64,000 bases of DNA, taken from assembly GCA_903901225.1 (NCBI GenBank), contig CAIUQE010000037.1, forward strand, positions 106,580 through 170,579. Reading direction: 5' to 3'. The position numbers were made by a program, and so were the translations under genes. The DNA is from Candidatus Omnitrophota bacterium. GTDB lineage: Bacteria > Omnitrophota > Gorgyraeia > Zapsychrales > Fredricksoniimonadaceae. Below, in pieces: positions 39,963 to 50,388 of this stretch; position 1 is the stretch's first letter; each line of letters opens with the position of its first letter. The notes under the pieces are model-generated. The model ran no database searches, was not told the DNA's origin, and was given only the letters and a program-made list of their open reading frames with translations.

Positions 39963-41168
39963 TCAATCTCGATCGAGGATGAATTCCTGGCAGACAAAAT
40001 CAGCGAAGGGAAAAGCGCACGTGAAGGCGGGAGAAACAGCGTTGAGGACATGGACCGAAGAACGGTCGGCCTCAACCACAAAATCCTGGACCAGCGCCGA
40101 CCTGGACCTGTCAAGGAGCTGCGCGCGAATGCCGGGACGCGTGAAATCCCCGAACCCCTGTGGATCAATGCCCGGGATCATCTTGACAGCAAGCCCGATA
40201 AAATGCTTCCTGTCATACTTTCTCATCTCATCGAAAGCCAGGTCTCTGAAACCAAACGCGTTGGTCATGAACAGCTTCGCTTCGGCGCACGCGATCTGGC
40301 ACAATTCACCGGGATGGAAACCGTGGCTCCACGCGTAATTCTCACGCCAGAAAGCCGGGATCGCCGTCGGCCCGATCTTGATGGTCCCGTCGATCGTCTT
40401 GGTGAAATGCACCCCCAGGAACGGGTTCTTCAGGTTAGGGACAGGGTAGATGTTCATCCGCACATCCGTCTTGTTCTTGGCGTATTTCAGATAGATCCCC
40501 TTGAACGGGATCATGGTGTATTTTTTCCCGAACCCGTAATCATGCGCCACCTGATCAGCATAAAGCCCGGCGCAATTGATGACCTTCTTCCCCTCGAACG
40601 TGCCGGCGGTCGTCTGGACAACACGTCCCTTGTGTCCGATGAACTTCGCTGAAAAGACGAACTCCACGCCGGAAGCCAAAAGATCCTCCTTAAGGGCCTC
40701 AAGGACCGTCAAAGGATCAAGGCTCGCGGTATCCGGCGAATAAAGGGCCATCTTGTGCGTGAAGACCCCGGGTTCGTACTGGCGGGCTTCGGCGGCATCG
40801 ATCAGGCGGACATTGGACCCGTTGCGTTTCCCCCGGCGCTCAAGCTCGTGGAGCAATTCCAGCTCATTCTCATCCATGGCCACAACAAGCTTGCCGCAGG
40901 CGTTGAACCGGATGCCTTTTTCCAGGCAGTATTCCTTCAATGCCCTCGCCCCCTGGACCGTGAACCTGGCCTTGAGCGTGTCCGCGGTATAGTAAAAACC
41001 GGCATGCAGCACGCCGCTGTTGCGCCCGGAAGAATGCCCGCCGATGTCGTTCTCCTTGTCAAGGATGAGTACCGAAGCCCCCGGCCGGACCTTGAGCAAG
41101 GCGCGCGCGATGGCCATACCGATCACGCCGGCGCCGATAATGATATTATCGTAAACTTTCTTGGGCAT
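39963..41168 (-). CDS. lhgO: FAD-dependent L-2-hydroxyglutarate oxidase/dehydrogenase
   Basis: 401 aa; dinucleotide fold IIIGAGVIGMAIA and LhgO-like core. Confidence 0.75.
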   Translation of the reverse strand: MPKKVYDNIIIGAGVIGMAIARALLKVRPGASVLILDKENDIGGHSSGRNSGVLHAGFYYTADTLKARFTVQGARALKEYCLEKGIRFNACGKLVVAMDENELELLHELERRGKRNGSNVRLIDAAEARQYEPGVFTHKMALYSPDTASLDPLTVLEALKEDLLASGVEFVFSAKFIGHKGRVVQTTAGTFEGKKVINCAGLYADQVAHDYGFGKKYTMIPFKGIYLKYAKNKTDVRMNIYPVPNLKNPFLGVHFTKTIDGTIKIGPTAIPAFWRENYAWSHGFHPGELCQIACAEAKLFMTNAFGFRDLAFDEMRKYDRKHFIGLAVKMIPGIDPQGFGDFTRPGIRAQLLDRSRSALVQDFVVEADRSSVHVLNAVSPAFTCAFPFADFVCQEFILDRD

Positions 41169-41226
41169 ATATTGCTTTCGCTGAATGACGTTCTATAATA
41201 TGTGAACGACCAACAGGAGATCCCCT

Positions 41227-41586
41227 ATGACAAAAAAAACATGCTGCCGACTCATTACGATCATCCTGGCCCTGATGCCCTTCGGCATCCTGCCGCGGCC
41301 ATCATGGGCTGACGCAACGCCTGATTTCGAAAAGATCATACCCTTTACCACCGCCACCGGACGGCTTGGCTTCTTTGACAAAAGTAACGGCAATATTTTT
41401 GTCTACGATGAGAACTGGAAGAATTGTGTTTTCAAAGGGCAGCTTAAAACCCTGGGCGCACCGCTGGAAACAATTGCCGGCACTGAGGCGTCATCCCTTC
41501 CCGGCGAGAAGCCAACATCCGGAAAGAACATCTCGATCGATGAAAAAGGGAGCAAAACGATCACGCTTTCCGGCGAACAGAATTAA
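41227..41586 (+). CDS. Small secreted hypothetical protein (only plus-strand gene in its neighbourhood)
   Basis: 119 aa; signal peptide CCRLITIILALMPFGILPRPSWA; no recognisable domain. Confidence 0.4.
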   Translation: MTKKTCCRLITIILALMPFGILPRPSWADATPDFEKIIPFTTATGRLGFFDKSNGNIFVYDENWKNCVFKGQLKTLGAPLETIAGTEASSLPGEKPTSGKNISIDEKGSKTITLSGEQN

Positions 41587-42167
41587 TTCCGCCTCAGGAC
41601 AAAGATCCCCGAATCCGCGAGCAGATTGGTGAAGTAACGGACCTGCCTGCCATTGCAAAGGCAGGGATTCTTCTCGACCACGATCCGTTTCTCAACACAA
41701 AAATCACGAAAATCCTTGAGGCTCAGGAACCTGAGGTTTGGCGTATTGTACCACTTATAAGGCAGGCTTTCCGTCACAGGGACCTGGCCCATGAAAAATA
41801 TCTGCGCTCTCGCCCTTATATTACAGAAATTCGGGATGCCGACAATGACCTTCTTGCCCACGCGCAACGCGTCCGTCAGGACCTTCTCGATGTTCATGAT
41901 CTGCTGCAAACTTTCATTGAGGATCACATAATCGAAACGCTTGTCCTCATAAACATCCATGTCGGAATCAATGTTCCCCTGGGCGACCGAAACGCCGCGT
42001 TCCATGCACCTGTATATCTGCTGGGGTGATATCTCGATGCCGGTGGCATGGCAGTTCTTTTTCTGTTTCAGGAGGGACAGCAGTTCCCCGTCACCGCACC
42101 CCAGGTCGAGGACCCTGGCGCCAGGTTCAATGATGCCCGCGATGATCTCATAGTCCAGCCTGATCAT
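41583..42167 (-). CDS. metW: Methionine biosynthesis protein MetW
   Basis: 194 aa; SAM-MTase-like [15 protein letters not shown]; 4-nt overlap with metX. Confidence 0.9.
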   Translation of the reverse strand: MIRLDYEIIAGIIEPGARVLDLGCGDGELLSLLKQKKNCHATGIEISPQQIYRCMERGVSVAQGNIDSDMDVYEDKRFDYVILNESLQQIMNIEKVLTDALRVGKKVIVGIPNFCNIRARAQIFFMGQVPVTESLPYKWYNTPNLRFLSLKDFRDFCVEKRIVVEKNPCLCNGRQVRYFTNLLADSGIFVLRRN

Positions 42168-43297
42168 GGCAATGACCTTTCCCGTCCGACTTTCGCCAGG
42201 TAACTTGAAATCGCCCGCGTCTGGTCCTCAAACTCGACCAGGAACGCGTCATGGCCGTAATCAGACTCCATCTCGACATACGTGACATCAACGTCATTCG
42301 CCTTCAAAGCCCGGACCATTTCCTGGGACTGGGATGAAGGATACAGCCAGTCGGATGTAAAGCTGATGACCAGAAGATCCGCCTTGATCCCCTTGAACGC
42401 CTCGCTGAGCTTCCTGCCTCCGGCAAGGTCAAAATAATCCATGGCCTTGGTGAGATAAAGGTAACTGTTCGCGTCAAAGCGTTCGACAAAGCTCTGCCCC
42501 CGGTACTCCAGGTAATTCTGGACCTCGAAATCCTTGGAAAAGTCATACCCCAGCTTTTCCTTGTCCAGGAGCTTGCGCCCGAACTTCTGCTCCATCGAAA
42601 CCCAGCTCATGTAGGTGATATGCCCCAGCATGCGGGCAACGGCCAGGCCGCGCGCCGGCACAGGCTGGCCGTAATAATTACCGTCCTTCCAGTCCGGGTC
42701 AGCCACGACCGCCTGGCGGCCGACCTCGTGGAACGCGATCTGTTGCGCCGTATGACGATGACAGGCCGCGATAACGATCGCGGAATGGACGCATTCCGGA
42801 TATCTCACGGCCCACGTCATGGCTTGCATCCCGCCCATGGAACCGCCCGCGCAGCTCAAAAGCTTTTTGATGCCCAAATGGTCAAGGAGGGCCTTTTGAA
42901 CATCGACCATATCCTCAATGGTGATCACCGGGAACGTCAAGCCATAGGGCTTGCCGGTCGCGGGGTTGATCGAACCGGAACCAGTGGTCCCCTTGCAGCT
43001 TCCCAGGACATTGGAACAGATCACGCAATATTTATCCGTGTCGAACGCCTTGCCCGGACCGATCATATCCGCCCACCAGCCGGGCTTTGCGTCGCCTTCA
43101 TGATAAGAAGCGGCATGCGCGTCACCGGTGAACGCGTGAAAGATCAATATGGCATTGGACCGCGCCGCGTTGAGCTCACCATAAAGCTCGTAAGCCACCG
43201 TCACCGGCCCCAGCGACACGCCGCTCTTGAGAACAAGCGGACGCGGCGGCTCGGCAAAAGTGAAATACAAAGTTTGTACAAAGTTCGGGTCACTCAC
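42164..43297 (-). CDS. metX: Homoserine O-acetyltransferase
   Basis: 377 aa; alpha/beta hydrolase nucleophile motif GGSMGGMQ. Confidence 0.93.
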   Translation of the reverse strand: MSDPNFVQTLYFTFAEPPRPLVLKSGVSLGPVTVAYELYGELNAARSNAILIFHAFTGDAHAASYHEGDAKPGWWADMIGPGKAFDTDKYCVICSNVLGSCKGTTGSGSINPATGKPYGLTFPVITIEDMVDVQKALLDHLGIKKLLSCAGGSMGGMQAMTWAVRYPECVHSAIVIAACHRHTAQQIAFHEVGRQAVVADPDWKDGNYYGQPVPARGLAVARMLGHITYMSWVSMEQKFGRKLLDKEKLGYDFSKDFEVQNYLEYRGQSFVERFDANSYLYLTKAMDYFDLAGGRKLSEAFKGIKADLLVISFTSDWLYPSSQSQEMVRALKANDVDVTYVEMESDYGHDAFLVEFEDQTRAISSYLAKVGRERSLP

Positions 43298-44348
43298 AGG
43301 CGGCTTTCCGGGATAACACAGGTTCCGCGTACTTGAACATCTCTTCCAGGCATTTCAAGGCCCTGACGCGCACGGCCTCGTCGATCTGAACGCGCTCACG
43401 GGGATGCGGGGCCTTCAGGACCCTGAGGATGCTCTCCAGAGTATTGGACTTCATATATTTGCACATCGTGCAGCTGCCAACAAGTTCCTTGTCCGGAAAT
43501 TCCGACTGCAGCCGTGCCGAAAGCCCGCATTCGGTCAGCATCAAAAAACGCTTCGACGTTGCCTTGCGCATATAATCAAGCATCTGTTCCGTCCCGCCGA
43601 CAAAATCCGCGTTCGCCACCACCTCGGCATTGCATTCGGGATGGCAAACGATCTTCACGTCGGGATATTCGCCGCGGACCTTGAATATCTGCTCCCCGCT
43701 GTATTCCTCGTGGACATAGCAGGTGCCCGAGAAATAGCGGATGTCCTTGGTGACACCGCGCCGCTGCATCTCGTTCTTGAGGTTCATCCCCATGAACTTG
43801 TCCGGCAGGAAATATATCTTGTCGCAGGGGTATTTTTCAACGATCTGGTACACATTGGCTGACGTGACGCAAACATCACACTCCGCCTTAACCTCAGCCG
43901 TCGTGTTGACATAACAGACAAACGCATAACCAGGGAACTCTTGCCTGAGGCGGCGCACATCCTCGGCGGTAATGGCATCCGCGAGCGTGCACCCGGGATC
44001 ATCGGCGGTCACCAGGACTTCCTTACCGGGATTCAGTATCTTGGCCGTCTCACCCATAAAACGGACCGCCACAAAAACAATGGTCCCCGCGGATGTCTTG
44101 ATCGCGTCACGGCTCAACTTGTAGGAATCACCCACAAAATCCGCGACCCCGTACACCATTTCAGGGCTGACATAGGAATGAACAAGGATAACGGCACCTT
44201 TTTCCTTCTTCAGAGCGTTGATCTCATTGATCAAGGGAGCCAGTTCTTCACACTTTTTGAAGGAATACTGGCAGACCGAACTTCCGGCACGAACATTCTT
44301 CAATCTTTCATAAAGCTGCATAGGTGTTATTGATAATGGGGCGGGCAT
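43290..44348 (-). CDS. nadA: Quinolinate synthase A
   Basis: 352 aa; three Cys ligands in the conserved NadA triple-repeat fold (PGCTLAD, VCYVNT, CHPEC ... SCTMC). Confidence 0.93.
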   Translation of the reverse strand: MPAPLSITPMQLYERLKNVRAGSSVCQYSFKKCEELAPLINEINALKKEKGAVILVHSYVSPEMVYGVADFVGDSYKLSRDAIKTSAGTIVFVAVRFMGETAKILNPGKEVLVTADDPGCTLADAITAEDVRRLRQEFPGYAFVCYVNTTAEVKAECDVCVTSANVYQIVEKYPCDKIYFLPDKFMGMNLKNEMQRRGVTKDIRYFSGTCYVHEEYSGEQIFKVRGEYPDVKIVCHPECNAEVVANADFVGGTEQMLDYMRKATSKRFLMLTECGLSARLQSEFPDKELVGSCTMCKYMKSNTLESILRVLKAPHPRERVQIDEAVRVRALKCLEEMFKYAEPVLSRKAACE

Positions 44349-44401
44349 GGAGTCCTTCTATTTAACGTAAATATTTTGATACTATATATGAATTCAAGGA
44401 T

Positions 44402-46105
44402 TTATTCAAGATTGCCGGCTGACAACGACCGCCTGGAACGCAAATAAAATGCCAGCCCGGCCAGAAAAAGCAACGATACCCAGGATAAAACACCCGCCAT
44501 CAGCCGCAACGGTGTTTGTCCCAGGAATATCTTCACGTCATGCTCCCCTGGTGGCACCTGAAAGAGGATCAAGCCCCAAGGGTTGTCATATACGATGGCG
44601 GTTTCTTTCTTGTCGACCGTGACCTTCCATCCCAAGAAATAAAACTGATGGAAGCAAAGGATAGACTGGGTTGCGGCATTCACATGAAACTCATGCCGCG
44701 ATGAGGACACTTGACGGGCACTCGTAATGACAGCCACCCCGCGGGCAACCTCATACCTTTGGTCCGGCGGCTTCAAAGGAACAGCCTTGACCCATACCGG
44801 CAAGAATCCCTTGCTGTCCATCGGACGGGTATTGTAAAGAAATTGCTGCGGGTCTTTAATATCGTACGATCTCATCGGATTGATAGGCGCTTCAAAGGGA
44901 ACGCTGACCACGATCAGGAACAATGACGCCGCCACGGCCAGCAACCATCTCAACCTGCCGTCGACCCATAAAACAAAACCTCCGGCGAGAAAAGATATGC
45001 AGAACGAAATGGCAACGAAGATGCGCCAGGGGAACTGGACATATTTCAATACCGGGATCGCGTCCCAGACAGGCAGTGCGCGATCGAGGGTCATGAACCC
45101 TAAAACTGCCGCGGCAAGCAACCAAAAGATCTGGATCCATGTCCGATTAATATCCACACGCCAGATCTTAAAGAACGCCAGGAAAGACGAGCCCACAAGA
45201 ATCAAATGAACCCATCCAAGCTGAAATGACGGCCCCATGCCCTGTCCCAGCGGCCCTGACTTCCACGGCGCGAAGATAAGATGGTACAGGGACATAAAAT
45301 GTTGATGATAATCCCCAAGCCCGCCATAAATGTTGCTGTTGGTAACATACTTCATCTCAAGATTGGCCGGAAGCCAGTAATAAGTGGTGATCCCCAAAGC
45401 ACAAGCCACCGCCAGCAAGACCCAGGCTAGCCCGGAACGTTGCGTTGGCCCAACGATAAAAAACAGGAAGAACGCGTACGCGATGGCCACGGGAAAGAAC
45501 AGGATCATCGTGATATTATGCGAAAGGATCAATCCCGTGACCGACAGCGCAAGGCCAATGAAAGCCGCGGCATTCAAGCGCGCGAAGACCCTGTTAATGT
45601 AAAAGATCACGAACGGCAGGAAAATATAGGCGAACATCTGCGCGAAAGCCGTGCGCCGGTAAATATCGCACAAATGGAACGGCGCGAAAATGAAGGCTAC
45701 CGCTGACAACAGCGCCCCGGGACGTCCGAAAAAATCGCGGGCGAGATAATACATCCCCACCCCGGAAAGAAAGAACGAAAGAACAATCGTCAAATTCGCC
45801 GCGAGAAGGAAGTCCCGGACAATGAAGAACAAGCCGGCGGCGACATAATAAAAAAGCGGCGGATAAAAATTGAACAGGGAATAACCGTAACCAAAGTTGA
45901 TGTCCGGCAGCCAGCGGGCGGCGAATTGGCCATCCTGCCAGACATGAACAAGCCCAATAAGCCTGAGCAGCCCCGCGTAAACATCTTCCGACCCGATCAC
46001 CTGCGAACCCAGAAAAGACTTCGCTGCCAGCAATGACAAGGCAAACAGCGTTGTCACGCAAACCAGGTCCTGGAACCATGCTTTTTTCAGCAAACCGGAA
46101 TTCAC
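44402..46105 (-). CDS. Polytopic membrane protein, GT-C-like (ArnT/PMT/YfhO-type glycosyltransferase superfamily) - tentative
   Basis: 567 aa; >10 TM segments with large loops, Trp/Tyr-rich; family assignment by architecture only. Confidence 0.35.
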   Translation of the reverse strand: MNSGLLKKAWFQDLVCVTTLFALSLLAAKSFLGSQVIGSEDVYAGLLRLIGLVHVWQDGQFAARWLPDINFGYGYSLFNFYPPLFYYVAAGLFFIVRDFLLAANLTIVLSFFLSGVGMYYLARDFFGRPGALLSAVAFIFAPFHLCDIYRRTAFAQMFAYIFLPFVIFYINRVFARLNAAAFIGLALSVTGLILSHNITMILFFPVAIAYAFFLFFIVGPTQRSGLAWVLLAVACALGITTYYWLPANLEMKYVTNSNIYGGLGDYHQHFMSLYHLIFAPWKSGPLGQGMGPSFQLGWVHLILVGSSFLAFFKIWRVDINRTWIQIFWLLAAAVLGFMTLDRALPVWDAIPVLKYVQFPWRIFVAISFCISFLAGGFVLWVDGRLRWLLAVAASLFLIVVSVPFEAPINPMRSYDIKDPQQFLYNTRPMDSKGFLPVWVKAVPLKPPDQRYEVARGVAVITSARQVSSSRHEFHVNAATQSILCFHQFYFLGWKVTVDKKETAIVYDNPWGLILFQVPPGEHDVKIFLGQTPLRLMAGVLSWVSLLFLAGLAFYLRSRRSLSAGNLE

Positions 46106-46180
46106 GCCATATCCCTTCGATAAAGTTCTCTGTCAAATATGCATCAATTTTATACGCGTCGCGCGAGGAGCGCAATGGAA

Positions 46181-47485
46181 TTAAGAACTAAGAAGTTCAC
46201 CTTTTAACTGGTGCGGCGTGGCACGGGTAATGCGGACATTCACCATATTCCCTGCCTTGAACGCGCCCTGAGCGAGGGCCACGATCTTGTTGGCATCGTT
46301 GCGCCCATACGCGCCGCCATCGTTGATCTTCCCGGAGGATTCAACAAGGACTGCCTGGACCTTCCCCACCAGTTCCTTGTTCTTTTGCAAAGAAATGTCC
46401 GTCTGTAATTTGTTCAACCGGACGATCCGAGCTGTCTTTTTGGCTTCCGAAACGTCATCCTTCCACTTGAGCGCGGCTTCAGTCCGCGGACGCGGAGAAT
46501 ACTTGAAAATGAACGCCGAATCAAAACGCGCCTCTCGTGTCAGCTCAAATGTCTCCTCGAATTCGGCGTCTGTCTCCGTAGGAAACCCGACAATAATGTC
46601 CGTCGAAAGGGCCAACGACGGGCATGCCGCGCGCAGTTCTCCAACAAGCGACATGAACTCCCTCCCTGTATAATGACGCCGCATGAGTTCAAGGACACGA
46701 TCATTGCCGGCCTGCAAGGGCAAGTGGACCTGCTTGCAGACCTTCGGGTTAGTGGCCAGGACCTGAATAAGGTCTGCCGGGAAATCTTTGGGATGGGGCG
46801 AGGTAAAACGGATGCGTTCGATGCCTTTGACCGTTGAGACCTGGTCAAGAAGGCTGGCGAAGTCCACACCGTCCTGCCGGTAAGAATTGACATTCTGACC
46901 CAGGAGCGTCACCTGCTTGAATCCTTCATCCGCCAGTCGTCGGACCTCATCGATGATATTGCCCGCGGGCCGGCTGCGTTCCCTTCCCCGGGCGTGAGGG
47001 ACGATGCAAAAAGAACAGAAATTGTTGCACCCGCGCATCACCGCCACCCAGGCATTCACGCCTTCCGCGCGCGCCGGAGAGACATCCGCGTACGTCTCGC
47101 ATTCGGAAAGGGTCACGTCATAACCTGGACCATCCACGGCAGCCGCCAGTATCTCCGGCAAACGCTTGTAACTGTCGGGGCCGACGACAAAATCCAGCGC
47201 CAGATGTTTGTTCTCGATCAACTCCTGGCGCAGCCCCGTGGCCATGCAGCCCAGGATGCCGATCAAGGCCGGCTTGCCATTGCGGCGATGACGGAGATCA
47301 TGGATATGGCCGTAAACCTTGCGGTGGGCATTCTCGCGGACGGAGCACGTGTTGAGCATGATGATATCCGCATCGAGATCATCCTGGGTGAACACATATC
47401 CCGCCGCAGAAAGGATGGAACGAACGATCTCGGTGTCGTATTCGTTCATCTGACAGCCGAAACTGAGAAGGTAAATTTTTTGCAA
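46181..47485 (-). CDS. miaB: tRNA-2-methylthio-N6-dimethylallyladenosine synthase
   Basis: 434 aa; N-terminal Cys triad plus radical-SAM CNNFCSFC and TRAM domain. Confidence 0.93.
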   Translation of the reverse strand: MQKIYLLSFGCQMNEYDTEIVRSILSAAGYVFTQDDLDADIIMLNTCSVRENAHRKVYGHIHDLRHRRNGKPALIGILGCMATGLRQELIENKHLALDFVVGPDSYKRLPEILAAAVDGPGYDVTLSECETYADVSPARAEGVNAWVAVMRGCNNFCSFCIVPHARGRERSRPAGNIIDEVRRLADEGFKQVTLLGQNVNSYRQDGVDFASLLDQVSTVKGIERIRFTSPHPKDFPADLIQVLATNPKVCKQVHLPLQAGNDRVLELMRRHYTGREFMSLVGELRAACPSLALSTDIIVGFPTETDAEFEETFELTREARFDSAFIFKYSPRPRTEAALKWKDDVSEAKKTARIVRLNKLQTDISLQKNKELVGKVQAVLVESSGKINDGGAYGRNDANKIVALAQGAFKAGNMVNVRITRATPHQLKGELLSS

Positions 47486-47532
47486 ATTGCTAACCTCTAT
47501 AGCGTTACAATTAAATACTACGGGATGAACAA

Positions 47533-48039
47533 TTATGACTTAAAGGCAGGAAAAACAAACACGTCAGGATCAGTATATTCATAAACTTTCTTTACGCGTC
47601 TTGAAGGATTCTCCGCATGCCCCTCCCCCTGCCGAACATCCATATCAATATAAGCCCTTCCATTCTTCAAGGACATCCTATTGATCTCGATTGCTCCCTC
47701 TAAACGACGGGATGCCTTGTGCACAAGCCTCTCTCCATCATTGATCAAGAAGTTAAGCACATAACAATAACCACTACCTCCGGAATTCTGTTCTGTTATA
47801 ACCGCAGCATCCTTCAATCCGTCGTCATTGAGATCGCCATAAATATACTTATTATAGTAAAAAACATTCAGAGGCAATGAGCGATAAGAAGAGTTGACAA
47901 GTGTTACGGACTCAACAGAACGCTCATCACCTATATAATAAGTCATATTCCCGAACAAGCGCGCTGCATTACGATTCTCTACCCCACAGCCGGCCAAAAA
48001 AACTATCAGAACCAAGAATAAGGTCGAGACTAATCGCAT
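47533..48039 (-). CDS. Lipoprotein, hypothetical (island gene)
   Basis: 168 aa; signal peptide + lipobox LAGC; AT-richer codon usage than flanking genes; 10-nt overlap with upstream SLT gene. Confidence 0.5.
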   Translation of the reverse strand: MRLVSTLFLVLIVFLAGCGVENRNAARLFGNMTYYIGDERSVESVTLVNSSYRSLPLNVFYYNKYIYGDLNDDGLKDAAVITEQNSGGSGYCYVLNFLINDGERLVHKASRRLEGAIEINRMSLKNGRAYIDMDVRQGEGHAENPSRRVKKVYEYTDPDVFVFPAFKS

Positions 48040-48737
48040 ATGAATACCGGGTGTTCATCAATCGTAACCCAATGCCCCTTTGAACAACGACCTTTGGGCT
48101 TGTTGATTTTCTTATTCTTTGCTCCCTTATCCACCAAAGATTTATCAGAAAATTCAGCTTCATTCTTAAAAACATCTTTAACATATTTACGTACTTGATC
48201 TGGATTATCCGCTTTAGCTTGCTCCAAAAACGCCTGAACATCATTCCAGCTTTTGGGATTCTTTTTAGCTTTTTGAGCCAATGCCTGCGCCTTCGCTATA
48301 GTTCCTTCGCCACCATTATAGGCCGCAAGGATAAACTTCTTTCGCTCTAATACATCCTTGACAGGTATTGTTTTTATTTTCGCTGATAAAATAGTTTCTT
48401 TAGAAAATGATCTGTCGAGATCGTCTATATACCGAGCTGCTGCAATGGATGCATAATCAATATCAAAACGCTGGTCATTCTTCTTAGAAACAATTAAATG
48501 ATAGCGTTCCGCCGTATCTCGTTGTAAATGAAAGTGTCCTGCGGCACCGTCCATGCCTCTATCTCTTTTTAATACCCCGAAACTGCTCTCCTGTCCATAG
48601 ATTGCTTCCAGCGTATTTACAGACAACGCATCATTCTTATCAAAATAACTCGATGCATTCTCAAGAGCCTTGCGTATATGTGAAGTTTCCCGTGCAAGCC
48701 AACCATCAACATCTGTTCTTCTTGGTTTTTTTGCCAT
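48030..48737 (-). CDS. Lytic transglycosylase (SLT domain) lacking a signal peptide
   Basis: 235 aa; SLT motifs EAIYGQESSFG, GHFHLQ, AAYNGGEG; N-terminus MAKKPRRTDVDGW is hydrophilic. Confidence 0.7.
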   Translation of the reverse strand: MAKKPRRTDVDGWLARETSHIRKALENASSYFDKNDALSVNTLEAIYGQESSFGVLKRDRGMDGAAGHFHLQRDTAERYHLIVSKKNDQRFDIDYASIAAARYIDDLDRSFSKETILSAKIKTIPVKDVLERKKFILAAYNGGEGTIAKAQALAQKAKKNPKSWNDVQAFLEQAKADNPDQVRKYVKDVFKNEAEFSDKSLVDKGAKNKKINKPKGRCSKGHWVTIDEHPVFICD

Positions 48738-48794
48738 AATCTTCTACCTCCTATCTGATCATTATCGCTTTTATGAATTGCGCAACCTGATCAA

Positions 48795-50120
48795 TCAAAG
48801 AACAACCCCATCATTTAACAAAAGCCATTTCCAGAGAGCAGTATAAATTATCTTTCTACCCTTGTGCTCTTCAATTGCTTCATAGTCATCAGTCAATATT
48901 ACCGCATCATCAATCTTCAGCTCATCCATAGCCTTAAGAAGGCTTTTCGTTTCCCGATTTCTAGTCTTTTCATCTGTCAGATTCCAACAAACTTGTATAA
49001 GCCCATTTGTTTTTGTACCATCTTTCAACACAAAATCAACTTCCCTATGCTGTTCATCTTTCCAGTAGTAGAGCTCAAGCTCGGGGTTAAGCACCTGTCT
49101 TTTCTTTAGAGCCAGAAAAACAATATTCTCAGCAAGCCTCCCTACATTTTCAGAAAAGCGAAATCCTACGGAGTTACATAACCCCGGGTCTATTGCGTAT
49201 ACTTTTCTTGGACTCTTTTCCTGCTCTTTTACTTTGAACGAGAAGCGTTTGACGAAGAATACAAGGTAGACATCCTCAAAATATCCGGCGAATTTCTCGA
49301 TAGTATCAGCCGATGCATGAAGGAACCGTTCCGTCGACATAAACGTAGTGAGATTCCCGACATTGCTCAAATAGTATTTTATGAGCGACTTCATGACCTG
49401 CGGTTTTCTCACACTGAATCGCTTAAAAAGGTCTTTTACAAGAAGGTCTTCAAAGTATTTCAGCAGTATTTCTCTCTTTTGCTCCGACAGGACAACTTCA
49501 GGAAAAGAGCCGAACTCCATATATCTGCGAAAAAGGCCTCGTATTTCGGCTTCCTTCCCGGCTATATCGAGATTGTCTGTAATCGTGATCTTGTTAAACG
49601 CCAAGAATTCAGTAAATGATAAAGGAAACACTGTAAGATCAAGATGTCTGCCCGTAAGAAGCGTGCCCAGTTCGCGGCTTAACAGTTTTGCATTTGAGCC
49701 GGAGACAACTATTTTTGCCTTCTTCAGCTCGTGCATCATGCGAACCCATTTCTCCCATCCTTCCACTTCCTGGACTTCATCAAAGAATATGTAAGGTATA
49801 CCTGTAGGTGAGAGAAATTCCTTATAGACATCAAATATCTGTGTCATGAGTTTTGCATCAAGCGTAGAAAATCTGGGATCTTCAAAATTAACGAGAAGAA
49901 TATTTTCTTTCTTTACGCCTTTCTCGGTAAGCTTCTTTGCCATCTGCCGCATAAGATATGACTTACCAGCACGTCTGGGGCCAGTTATCGTTATGACCTG
50001 ATTTGACGTTAAAAGGGCTTCCAGCCTGCCAAGATAGGCATCCCTGACGACACCGGTAGCCTGCTCCGTCCGCCAACTATTCCAGTCATTCAATACCGCT
50101 AAAATCTCATTTTTGTCCAT
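48795..50120 (-). CDS. AAA+ ATPase with C-terminal DUF4143-like domain (COG1373-type)
   Basis: 441 aa; Walker A GPRRAGKS, Walker B IFFDEVQ. Confidence 0.72.
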   Translation of the reverse strand: MDKNEILAVLNDWNSWRTEQATGVVRDAYLGRLEALLTSNQVITITGPRRAGKSYLMRQMAKKLTEKGVKKENILLVNFEDPRFSTLDAKLMTQIFDVYKEFLSPTGIPYIFFDEVQEVEGWEKWVRMMHELKKAKIVVSGSNAKLLSRELGTLLTGRHLDLTVFPLSFTEFLAFNKITITDNLDIAGKEAEIRGLFRRYMEFGSFPEVVLSEQKREILLKYFEDLLVKDLFKRFSVRKPQVMKSLIKYYLSNVGNLTTFMSTERFLHASADTIEKFAGYFEDVYLVFFVKRFSFKVKEQEKSPRKVYAIDPGLCNSVGFRFSENVGRLAENIVFLALKKRQVLNPELELYYWKDEQHREVDFVLKDGTKTNGLIQVCWNLTDEKTRNRETKSLLKAMDELKIDDAVILTDDYEAIEEHKGRKIIYTALWKWLLLNDGVVL

Positions 50121-50172
50121 ATAAATAGTCTGTATTAGTCAGGATTTATAAATCTTACCTATTACAACGTAA

Positions 50173-50201
50173 AATATACGTTAAAAACCTGATTTTGTCA
50201 A
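50173..50201 (-). promoter_or_regulatory. Near-consensus sigma70 promoter for the AAA-ATPase/SLT/lipoprotein operon
   Basis: Minus strand TTGACA (complement of 50196-50201) - 17 nt - TATATT (complement of 50173-50178); ~45-nt leader to ATG at 50120. Confidence 0.45.
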
Positions 50202-50279
50202 ACAAGAAGGCAATAATAACAAGCTCATTATTTCTTTGCCAGCCCCTAAAGTTTTACTTAAAAACCACTTCAGAATTTT

Positions 50280-50345
50280 CTCAACCTCTGTCCTTTTTCG
50301 CATCCATCCGACATCCGAAGGTCAACAGGGCGACTTTTTTTGAAT
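50280..50345. repeat. Island repeat element, copy 1 (31-nt core identical to 52763-52793 followed by degenerate second half)
   Basis: ctcaacctctgtcctttttcgcatccatccg is 31/31 identical to copy 2. Confidence 0.75.
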
Positions 50346-50388
50346 TACTTGTCATTTCAGCCACTTACAGCTCCGTCCTTTACGAGAT

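Noticed and set aside
39908-40168. 86-aa ORF overlapping the 3' end of lhgO
   Set aside because: It is embedded on the same strand as the lhgO coding region in a different frame and has a Ser/Arg-rich low-complexity translation; not a plausible gene.
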